Source: Terriglobales bacterium
GTDB lineage: Bacteria > Acidobacteriota > Terriglobia > Terriglobales > Acidobacteriaceae
Direction of reading: 5' to 3'
NCBI GenBank assembly: GCA_035623335.1
Contig: DASPTQ010000124.1
Span: 76,903 to 108,902 of the forward strand
DNA: 32,000 nt
The position numbers and the translations under genes are program-made. Shown here piece by piece: positions 8,571-16,110 of this stretch. The notes under the pieces are model-generated. The model was not told the DNA's origin, searched no databases, and worked only from the letters and a program-made list of their open reading frames with translations. Each line of letters starts with the position of its first letter. Within the stretch, counting starts at the first letter, position 1.

Positions 8571-8670
8571 GAGTGCCGAGCCTCCTTGCCGAGGGTCAAA
8601 TTTCGTCTAGGCGCGAAGCTTCTCTCTGCCGCAATGGTGTCGACCCGCGCGGAGATGCAACAAGGCCAGG

Positions 8671-10617
8671 CTATCGCGCCAATCCCAATCGCTTGGCCAC
8701 CAGATTCTCCACTCCTTGAGCGATCACCAGGGACTGGGGAACACTGCCCAAGGCGGGGAAGGGAAAACGTTCCCCCCGCCACTCCGTGATCCCGGAGGTG
8801 AAATCGATGGTGATGTCGTCTCCGGGGATAATGGTCTTTTCCTTGGCGGCAATAGGCTTTGCCAGCTGCTCGCGCAAACGGCGCACCAATTCCGGAATCT
8901 CGACACAGAGGAAGCCGTTGTTGTAGGCATTGCGCAAATAGGTTTGGGAGAAGCTGGCGGCAATCACCATGGGCAGGCCCTTGGCCTTGAGGCAGGTGAC
9001 GGCCTGCTCCCGGCTGGAGCCGGTACCAAAGTTAAAGCCCCCGACCATCACGTCGCCCCGCCGGGTACGGAGAGCAAACTGCGGGTCGTAGTTTTCCATG
9101 ACCACCTTGGCCATCATCTCCGGTGTCATGTCATCGCGATAGGTGTAGTCTTTGCCATAGATTGCGTCGGTGTTGATATTGTCCTGGGGCAGGAAGAGCA
9201 ACCGTCCACGGACGCGCTCCGGAAAACCCGGCAGTATCTCGACGCGCTCGGCCGCCGCGGTCGCGGGAAACTCCGTAAAGGACCGGGCCGGCTCACGGCC
9301 GTCGACCTCCTGGGGGCCGCGAATGTAGCCCGCTACGGCGGAGGCTGCCACCACTTCGGGACTGGCCAGGTAACACTGGGCATCGCGCGACCCCATGCGG
9401 CCCTTGAAGTTGCGATTGGTGGCCGAAATGCCGACTTCGCCCGGCTCGAGCAAGCCGCTGCCCAGCCCAATGCACGGACCACAACCGGGAGGAAGAGGCT
9501 TAGCCCCCGCGTCGATGAGCGTCTGCCAGATCCCCCGTCGCTCGGCTTCTTCTTGCACCCATCGGCTGGCTGCACTGAGGTAAAACTGGACGGTCGGAGC
9601 AACCTTGCGCCCCTTTAACACCGCCGCCGCCGCCTCGAGATCCGCGACTCGCGAGTTTACGCAGGAGACCAGATAGGCCTTCTGGATGGAAATCTTCTTG
9701 CTTTCAATCTCGGCGAGCGAGGATGCAACCTGCACCGTGTCCGGGCCAGAAATGTGCGGCGAGACTTCGCCGAGATCGAGCACGATCGAGGCAGCGTAGG
9801 CGGCTCCGCTGTCGGGCCCGGGAGGACTGCTGGTCCAGCCCTCCAGCTCTTTCTCGGAGAACCGCTCCACGCCGATCGCCTGGAGACGCTGGCGGACCCC
9901 TCGCAAGTAGGCGATGGTGACCTCATCGACCGGAAACCAGCCGACCAAAGGTCCCCATTCGGTGCTCATGTTCGAGATCGAGAGGCGAGCATCCATCGAG
10001 AGGCTGCTGACGCCGGGGCCGCTGAACTCGACGGCCGCATTCAGCACCTCGTCATGGTTGTAAAGCCCGCACAAGGTGATGATTACATCCTTGCCGGTTG
10101 TCCCCGGCGGCAGCTTGCCTTTGAGGATGACCTGGATGCTGCGGGGAATCTGCCACCAGAATTCTCCCGTGGCCCACACCGAGGCGGCGTCGGTGCGCAC
10201 GATCGGAGTACCCACGGCTCCGAGGGCACCGTACATGTTGGAGTGTGAATCGGACGCCACCACGAACGAGGACGGCACGACGTATCCCCGCTCGACCATG
10301 ATTTGATGTCCTATGCCCGAACCTGCGGGGTAAAAGTCGACTCCTTGGTCCTTGGCGAATGCCTCAATCGACCGGTATTTCTTCAGGTTGGCCTCGTCCT
10401 GGTTCTGAATGTCATGGTCGAGCGCGAACACCAGCTGAGCCGGATTGTGGATCTTTTTGGCCCCAATCCCTTTGAATTTGCTCATCACCGCCGACGTGTT
10501 GTCGTGGGTCATGACCCGGTGCGGACGAATAGAGACAAAGTCGCCAGCCCGGAGTGGACGCCTCGGACCTTCGGCGAGGTGGGTTTGGGCGATTTTTTCA
10601 ACGATGGTTTGGGGCAT
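8671..10617 (-). CDS. Single-chain aconitase-family (aconitase / homoaconitase / LeuC-LeuD-fusion type) hydro-lyase, 648 aa
   Basis: Motifs: MTHDNT, ASDSHSNMYGALG, Fe-S ligand motifs LVSCVNSR and PGCGPCIGLG, ATNRNFKGRMG. The C-terminal swivel part has GGFNFGTGSSREQAV. Confidence 0.8.
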   Translation of the reverse strand: MPQTIVEKIAQTHLAEGPRRPLRAGDFVSIRPHRVMTHDNTSAVMSKFKGIGAKKIHNPAQLVFALDHDIQNQDEANLKKYRSIEAFAKDQGVDFYPAGSGIGHQIMVERGYVVPSSFVVASDSHSNMYGALGAVGTPIVRTDAASVWATGEFWWQIPRSIQVILKGKLPPGTTGKDVIITLCGLYNHDEVLNAAVEFSGPGVSSLSMDARLSISNMSTEWGPLVGWFPVDEVTIAYLRGVRQRLQAIGVERFSEKELEGWTSSPPGPDSGAAYAASIVLDLGEVSPHISGPDTVQVASSLAEIESKKISIQKAYLVSCVNSRVADLEAAAAVLKGRKVAPTVQFYLSAASRWVQEEAERRGIWQTLIDAGAKPLPPGCGPCIGLGSGLLEPGEVGISATNRNFKGRMGSRDAQCYLASPEVVAASAVAGYIRGPQEVDGREPARSFTEFPATAAAERVEILPGFPERVRGRLLFLPQDNINTDAIYGKDYTYRDDMTPEMMAKVVMENYDPQFALRTRRGDVMVGGFNFGTGSSREQAVTCLKAKGLPMVIAASFSQTYLRNAYNNGFLCVEIPELVRRLREQLAKPIAAKEKTIIPGDDITIDFTSGITEWRGERFPFPALGSVPQSLVIAQGVENLVAKRLGLAR

Positions 10618-10639
10618 AAGACTCCCTTAACTGGTTCAA

Positions 10640-10654
10640 CGACCCCTGGGGTCG
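10640..10654. other. Perfect palindrome CGACCCC-T-GGGGTCG in the 56-nt spacer between the PrpD-like and aconitase-like genes
   Basis: Read directly from the sequence. It could form an intercistronic RNA hairpin; its function is unknown. Confidence 0.25.
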
Positions 10655-10673
10655 CAGCCGGTGGGCCGATCGC

Positions 10674-12128
10674 CTAGCGCCGCTTCTTGGCTTTTGCCCG
10701 GGCGCTCTTGGGCGCCGCCTTGATCGCCTTTCGATCCGCTTTCATCAGGGCCATCAACTGGCTGACGGATGCGATCTTTTCCAGATTCCAGATGGCTTCC
10801 TTTAACTTCTTCTGCGCGCTGGACGATAGTACACCCTCGGCCAGAGCGGCGAATTTTTCCTCCACCTCGGCATCGGTTAAAGGATTGCGCGGGTCGCCCT
10901 TCGGATAGTCGAGTTGCTGCGTAAGATGGCGGTCGTCGGTGGTGGTAATTTCGACCACCACCCGCTGCAGCGCCGGGAACACCTTCTCGATCTCCGGATC
11001 GGCTACGACTTCGACCTTCTCCAGCTGAGCACGGATCGTCGGGTCCATGATCTTCTCGGGGGTAAATTGCCCGGGTGTGACTTGACGATCGACCAGCCCG
11101 GCCGCGATCACATAGGGCAAGGAGTGGTCGGCCGTCTCTTTCGTCCGCGGATCGTACTTGCTGGCATCGGAAAGGATGTCGGCGGCACGAGCCAAGGAGC
11201 GGATCTTGATTTTGCGCACTTGCTCGGGTCGCAGGTCGTTCCGTTTGACCAGATCGAGCACGGCGGAAATCGGAGTGTGGGTAAGAGCTTCGGTCGGAAA
11301 TGCCTTCATTCCGCATTGCGTGATGCGCCACGATTCGCCAAGACCGTCGGTCAGAAGGTGTAACTTCCACTCCGGACCAAGAACATGGGTCAATCCTTCC
11401 TTCCCGTCCACCACATGCTCCGGGCCGGTGTATCCCCTCTCGGCCATGAGGGCGGCGAGCACGCCACTCTGGGTGGCCAGGGGATCGACCGTGTTTTTCA
11501 TCATGGTGAGCTTGCCGGCGGTGACGGCACCGAGCGTGGCATGACGGCTGGCCGAAATTCCTACCGCGTGCTGTATCTGCTCCCAGCCGAGGTGCAGCGC
11601 CCGCCCCGCCACCAGGGGGGAAACAAACGCCGTCAGGGTGGCGTGATGCCAACCCCGCTCGCGGATTCCGGGAAAGGCAGTTTCGCAGAAACGCATTTCG
11701 AATTCGTGGCCTAGCACCAAGCCGACCAGTAACTCCTTGCCATGGCTCCTGGCCCGTTCAGAACATGCCAGAGCTGCAGGAAAAATATCGGAAGGGTGGG
11801 ACGGATCTTGCTTCCAATAAATATCGTTGTAATCCATGACCCGGATCATCAGGGCATTCGCCAACGAGGCGGAAACGGGATCGATCCGCTGGCCTGTGCC
11901 GATGACGGTGGATGGGCCGCGGGCGGCAACTTCGGCGAGAACCTGGAGGAGGATCTGTACGTCGTGCTGCCGATAGCCGCCTAGGGCGCAACCCACCGAA
12001 TCGAGCAGGAAGCGCTTGGCTTGATAAACGGCGTCCGGCGAGAGATGCCGATATTCGAGGGCGGCGGCCCAGCGCGCCATCTCGGCGGTGAGGGTCGGTT
12101 TGGGTGCAATGGCTTCTTTGGCAGACAC
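10674..12128 (-). CDS. MmgE/PrpD family protein (2-methylcitrate dehydratase-like; the family also contains cis-aconitate decarboxylase and iminodisuccinate epimerase)
   Basis: 484 aa. The N-terminus is typical of the family (ARWAAALEYRHLSPDAVYQAKRFLLDSVGCALGG), followed by GWHHATLTAF and KAFPTEALTHTPISA. It has a Lys/Arg-rich C-terminal tail (KAAPKSARAKAKKRR). Confidence 0.8.
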   Translation of the reverse strand: MSAKEAIAPKPTLTAEMARWAAALEYRHLSPDAVYQAKRFLLDSVGCALGGYRQHDVQILLQVLAEVAARGPSTVIGTGQRIDPVSASLANALMIRVMDYNDIYWKQDPSHPSDIFPAALACSERARSHGKELLVGLVLGHEFEMRFCETAFPGIRERGWHHATLTAFVSPLVAGRALHLGWEQIQHAVGISASRHATLGAVTAGKLTMMKNTVDPLATQSGVLAALMAERGYTGPEHVVDGKEGLTHVLGPEWKLHLLTDGLGESWRITQCGMKAFPTEALTHTPISAVLDLVKRNDLRPEQVRKIKIRSLARAADILSDASKYDPRTKETADHSLPYVIAAGLVDRQVTPGQFTPEKIMDPTIRAQLEKVEVVADPEIEKVFPALQRVVVEITTTDDRHLTQQLDYPKGDPRNPLTDAEVEEKFAALAEGVLSSSAQKKLKEAIWNLEKIASVSQLMALMKADRKAIKAAPKSARAKAKKRR

Positions 12129-12186
12129 AGAATCTCCCGGCGTTAGCGTCTCTTCCCGTTACTGCCGCTCCCCGCAACTGGCCTCT

Positions 12187-12771
12187 TCATCGCAGCCTCA
12201 CGTTCTTCGGGTTCTTGAACGGCAAGAAAGCCATAAAGTCCGAATGGTGAACAATGAACGCCTCGGTCGTGCGCTTGACCAGATCACCTTCCGCGGCATG
12301 GGCGGCAATGATGTGGCAAACTTCGTCCGGCACGCCGCACTCCAAGGCCAAGGCCACGCCGGTAAAGGGGTGGCGCAAGGCCTCGCCCCGCTCGCTTTGG
12401 CGGCTCTTCCCATCGGGGCCGAGTTCGTATTCGAGCAGCTTGCCCACGTCCGCCAGAATAGCCCCGGCAATCACGACGTCCATATCAATCGGCAGCGCCC
12501 GTCCCATGAATTGCTGCATGGCTTCGGCACTCTGGCGCGCGATGTGCACCACACAGCGCTTGTGTTCCATGAAGCTGACAGGACAATTCGGCACCAGCAG
12601 CGTGAACGGGATCTTATTCAGATCCTCGGCCTTCAGGGGGCTGCGTTCGAGCGCCTTGATCCAGGTTTGGGTAACCTGCTCACGCAATTTTGGCTTCTCG
12701 ATCCACTGTATCTCCGGCCACAGCCTGGTCACGATCTCCCGCATGGCTTCAGGTCGTCCTTGTGAAAGCAT
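12187..12771 (-). CDS. HD-superfamily-like protein with a non-canonical metal dyad (AD in place of HD)
   Basis: The layout H...(L-A-D-V-G-K)...H...HxxxAH..D resembles HD/HDIG phosphohydrolases: MEHKRCVVHIARQSA, AGAILADVGK, CHIIAAHAAEGD. It is the first gene of the four-gene minus-strand cluster. Confidence 0.55.
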   Translation of the reverse strand: MLSQGRPEAMREIVTRLWPEIQWIEKPKLREQVTQTWIKALERSPLKAEDLNKIPFTLLVPNCPVSFMEHKRCVVHIARQSAEAMQQFMGRALPIDMDVVIAGAILADVGKLLEYELGPDGKSRQSERGEALRHPFTGVALALECGVPDEVCHIIAAHAAEGDLVKRTTEAFIVHHSDFMAFLPFKNPKNVRLR

Positions 12772-12921
12772 CTAGCTTAGCGCGGAGACCGCAACAACGT
12801 CGAGGGCTCCTCAATCTGGGGGATGGCATGACCTGCGGTTGCGCCTCGGACTGCATCCCCGGCGTCAAGCCCAGGTGAATCCATGCCTCGCTTTAGCCGA
12901 GGATGATCCCTCCCCGGCTCT

Positions 12922-12927
12922 ATAATT
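12922..12927 (+). promoter_or_regulatory. Candidate -10 box (perfect TATAAT) upstream of the Ig-like protein gene
   Basis: TATAAT lies within CTATAATTTCG, 57 nt before the TTG start at 12984. There is no convincing -35. Confidence 0.3.
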
Positions 12928-12983
12928 TCGTTTTCAACTTCAAGAGCTTCCCGCGATCTAACTAGCAACGTCCGGAGGTCATT

Positions 12984-13724
12984 TTGCGAGGCAGGCGCCG
13001 CCAAGTCGAGGTCGTTAAAGATCACGTGTGGAATCCCTCTCGCTCTCGTTCCGCGGCGGTTGCCATCGCCTTGCTCGCGGCGGTTCTTTCCTTCCGAACG
13101 ACCGCCCAACAGGCGGGAACGACTACCGCGCCCCTGGTGATTCAGACCGTCAGTCTGCCCAAGGCTTACCTGCGGCAGCCCTTCGTAGCACGACTTGAGG
13201 CGCAGGGTGGAGTTCCCCCAATCCGGTGGGAAGTTAGCGACGGGTCGCTCCCCCCGGGGATGTTTCTCGAGAGCGGTGGCCAGCTACTCGGCACCCCGAG
13301 CGAGGCCGGTGAATTCTTCTTCACCGTAACCGCCACCGATAGCGGCCAGCCGGCGCATCAGGTTACCCGGCAACTCTCGCTGTTGGTAACCTCACCGCTT
13401 TGGGCACGCTGGGGCCGCTATCCCAAGATCAACGGGCAACGGCTGGAAGGATCCATTTGGGTCTCGAACCAGACGGATCGGGATTTTGATCTGACGATGA
13501 TTGTGCTGGCGGTGAATGACATCGGAAGGGCGACGGCTATCGGATACCAGCATTTTCCGCTCAAGAAGAACTCCGATGAGATCGAACTCCCCTTCGGCGA
13601 CAATCTTTCCCGCGGGAGTTACCAGCTCAATGTCGACGTAGTCGCCGAGGTAGCTGCCACGGATTCGATCTACCGAGTCCGCTTGGTACCGAAGGAAAGA
13701 TTCGAGATCGTCACGGGGCCGTAA
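12984..13724 (+). CDS. Exported protein with a putative Ig-like (cadherin/dystroglycan-type) domain
   Basis: TTG start, 5 nt after GGAGG (12974-12978). Signal-like AAVAIALLAAVLSFRTTAQQ. Ig-domain idiom: GGVPPIRWEVSDGSLPPGMFLESGGQLLGTPSEAGEFFFTVTATDSG. Confidence 0.6.
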   Translation: MRGRRRQVEVVKDHVWNPSRSRSAAVAIALLAAVLSFRTTAQQAGTTTAPLVIQTVSLPKAYLRQPFVARLEAQGGVPPIRWEVSDGSLPPGMFLESGGQLLGTPSEAGEFFFTVTATDSGQPAHQVTRQLSLLVTSPLWARWGRYPKINGQRLEGSIWVSNQTDRDFDLTMIVLAVNDIGRATAIGYQHFPLKKNSDEIELPFGDNLSRGSYQLNVDVVAEVAATDSIYRVRLVPKERFEIVTGP

Positions 13725-13828
13725 GACGACGGCTCAAGGCGGGGGCAGTCGACCAAAATCGAGACCGCTAAAAACTAAGAATCCCGAGGTAGTGTTAAGA
13801 AAATTCATCTCAGCCAGTAGCTCACTTT

Positions 13829-13880
13829 AGACCCTTGCTTGACCTGCATTCATCGTTTCCTTGCGGGTTACGATGCGCGA
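13829..13880 (+). repeat. Copy 1 of an imperfect direct repeat in the non-coding gap
   Basis: AGACCCTTGCTTGACCTGC, followed by CAT(T)CATC...TTGCG...GATGCG. The first 19 nt match copy 2 at 16 of 19 positions, with the first 11 identical. Confidence 0.5.
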
Positions 13881-13993
13881 TCTTTAGCTCGGGCTCCGGG
13901 CTCGCCGCCAACCGGACAAACCGTCCCAACGCCTCGGGATTCTATCTTGCCTTCGACAAATCTTCCTGTTCGCCTCGACCAGCACGTTGCTAT

Positions 13994-14033
13994 AGACCCT
14001 TGCTGGCCCTCCCCCCATCATCTTGCGATGCGG
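13994..14033 (+). repeat. Copy 2 of the imperfect direct repeat
   Basis: AGACCCTTGCTGGCCCTCC, followed by CATCATC-TTGCG-ATGCG. It lies 165 nt downstream of copy 1. Confidence 0.5.
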
Positions 14034-14443
14034 AAGGTGACCTCGCTTGAGCCCCGGACGCAGCGCCAACCGGGAAAACCTTAGAAGCTGTCAAAGAACG
14101 ATCATGTTTATTACATCTTCGATTTTTGAAGTCAATCGGAATGATGCACCTCGATCTGTTGAGAATTCAATCGAGTGCAGGCGGTTCACAGGACCATGCC
14201 ACAAGGAATGTGCAAGCGATGGGATCGACCGTTGCCCGAGTGCGGTCATCGCCAGATTTTTTCGGGGGTCCTTTCCCCACCTCGGCGCACGCACCGATCA
14301 CAGTTCGGCGCGGGTTTGTGAAAATCGTGGGCAAATTGCGGTCGGCAAAGCGCTTCGTGCGATGGTTCAGGAAGTTACGTGGAGGGGATGATTCGCCGGA
14401 AGGTAGAAGGACAGGGGACGCATAGGGGCGAAACGAATGCCTG

Positions 14444-14449
14444 TATAAT
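14444..14449 (+). promoter_or_regulatory. Candidate -10 box (perfect TATAAT) upstream of the adenosine deaminase gene
   Basis: It lies 78 nt upstream of the GTG start at 14527. The would-be leader contains a hairpin at 14463-14502: 6 bp + 3 bp with one mismatch and a 20-nt loop. Confidence 0.3.
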
Positions 14450-14526
14450 GCCGCCCTGCTGAGCGCCTTCCGGGCAGAACAAAATCCAGCCACGGAAGCC
14501 GCGACAGGCCTCGATCGAGACCGGAG

Positions 14527-16059
14527 GTGAGATTGGCCCGAGCCTGCGTTCTGCTGGCACTTTCGCTGGGCGTGCTCACCCCTTCGAGTTTTTCGCAATC
14601 GATGCCTACAGCCGAGGAGCGTACGGCCAGGTATTTCGACTCCGTGCGGAGACAACCCAACTTATTGCTCCCGTTCCTTCGCGAGATGCCCAAGGGAGGC
14701 GATCTGCACAATCACCTGGCCGGAAGTATCTACGCCGAGAGTTGGATCGATTTCGCGGCCGAGGATGGGTTTTGTGTCGACCGTACCACCTCGATCCTGA
14801 TTGCGCCTCCCTGTGATGCCTCCTGCGATCGATTTACCAGCAAGCCGGCCGTGCGCTGCGCCTATGGGGATCCTGTGCTCTATAACTCCATGGTGGATGC
14901 CTGGTCGATGCGCAACTGGAACTCAGGCGAAGAGTCTGGACACGATCACTTCTTTGCCACGTTTGATAAATTCCGGCTCGCCACTCTGACTCGTAGTGCC
15001 GACGAAATCGCGGAAGCCGCGGCTCGGGCCGCCGAGGACCACCTTCAATTTCTTGAGCTGATGTACACCGCAGACGGGCTGGAAGCTGCCCAGCTCGGCA
15101 GCAAGGTAGGCTGGGACGACCGTCTGCCCGAGCTGCGCGAGAAGCTGCTGGCGGGTGGCTTACGAGACATCGTTCGCTCAACCCGCAAAAGACTGGATGA
15201 AGACGAGAAAAAAATGCAATCGCAGCTCGAGTGCGGCACGGCCCAGCCAAGCCCGGGCTGTGCGGTCATGGTGCGCTATTTGTATCAGGTGTTGCGCGGG
15301 CTCGCTCCCCAGGCCGTGTTCGCCCAGACCGTCCTCGGGTTCGAGCTGGCTTCCTCGGATCCGCGCTTTGTGGGACTGAATCTGGTCATGGCGGAAGACT
15401 GGTATATCCCCATGCACGATTTCGAGTTGCACATGAAGATGCTCGACTACCTGCACGGAGTCTATCCCACGGTACACATCACCCTGCACGCCGGCGAATT
15501 GGCTTTTGGCTTGGTGCCGCCCGAGGGGGTTCGATTCCACATTCGTGATTCGGTTGAGCGCGGCCACGCGGAGCGCATTGGCCAAGGGGTGGACATCATG
15601 AATGAGCGTGATCCCATCGGCTTGTTGCGCCAAATGGCAGAGCAAGGTGTGCTGGTAGAGATCTGTCTGACCTCGAATGACCTGATTCTTGGTATCCGCG
15701 GACGTGACCACCCGTTGCCGATCTACCTGAAGTACGGCGTGCCGGTTTCACTGGCTACGGATGACGAGGGGGTCCTGCGCTCCGATCTGACGCACGAATT
15801 CCTGCGGGCGGTGGAGACCTACGATGTCCTCACCTATCGCGATCTGAAGCGGATGGCGCGACTTTCGCTCGAGCACAGCTTCTTGCCCGGTCCCAGCCTG
15901 TGGTCGGATGTCAAGACATTCCGTCGCGGGAACGGCTGTACCGGCGCGCCCGGGGAAGTGCCTTCCCCGGCTTGCCAGAAGTTCCTTGCGGCGAGCCAGC
16001 GCGGACGACTCCAGTGGAAGCTCGAACGAGAGTTGGCCGTCTTTGAAAAGAAATATTAA
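14527..16059 (+). CDS. Exported adenosine deaminase family protein (long, ADA2/ADGF-like architecture)
   Basis: Signal-like MRLARACVLLALSLGVLTPSSFSQS. Metal motifs: GGDLHNHLAGS (HxH), HITLHAGE, SLATDDEGV. 510 aa. The start could be TTG 14533, after GGAGG at 14523-14527. Confidence 0.85.
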   Translation: MRLARACVLLALSLGVLTPSSFSQSMPTAEERTARYFDSVRRQPNLLLPFLREMPKGGDLHNHLAGSIYAESWIDFAAEDGFCVDRTTSILIAPPCDASCDRFTSKPAVRCAYGDPVLYNSMVDAWSMRNWNSGEESGHDHFFATFDKFRLATLTRSADEIAEAAARAAEDHLQFLELMYTADGLEAAQLGSKVGWDDRLPELREKLLAGGLRDIVRSTRKRLDEDEKKMQSQLECGTAQPSPGCAVMVRYLYQVLRGLAPQAVFAQTVLGFELASSDPRFVGLNLVMAEDWYIPMHDFELHMKMLDYLHGVYPTVHITLHAGELAFGLVPPEGVRFHIRDSVERGHAERIGQGVDIMNERDPIGLLRQMAEQGVLVEICLTSNDLILGIRGRDHPLPIYLKYGVPVSLATDDEGVLRSDLTHEFLRAVETYDVLTYRDLKRMARLSLEHSFLPGPSLWSDVKTFRRGNGCTGAPGEVPSPACQKFLAASQRGRLQWKLERELAVFEKKY

Positions 16060-16110
16060 CCTTTGGGATGGCGAGGCGCTCCAACCGTTCGGAGGGACAA
16101 ATTCCGAAAT

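Noticed and set aside
13741-13790. tmRNA-like 5' start (GGGGGCAGTCGACC...) in the long non-coding gap.
   Set aside because: There is no tRNA-like 3' end (GGTTCGA..TCCACCA), no tag-peptide reading frame and no pseudoknot series downstream.
14436-14526. Purine/adenine riboswitch upstream of the adenosine deaminase gene, prompted by UAUAAU and the add-gene precedent.
   Set aside because: There is no P2/P3 loop-loop architecture, and no conserved J2-3 (UUUCUACC-like) or J3-1 segment. The TATAAT is better explained as a -10 box.
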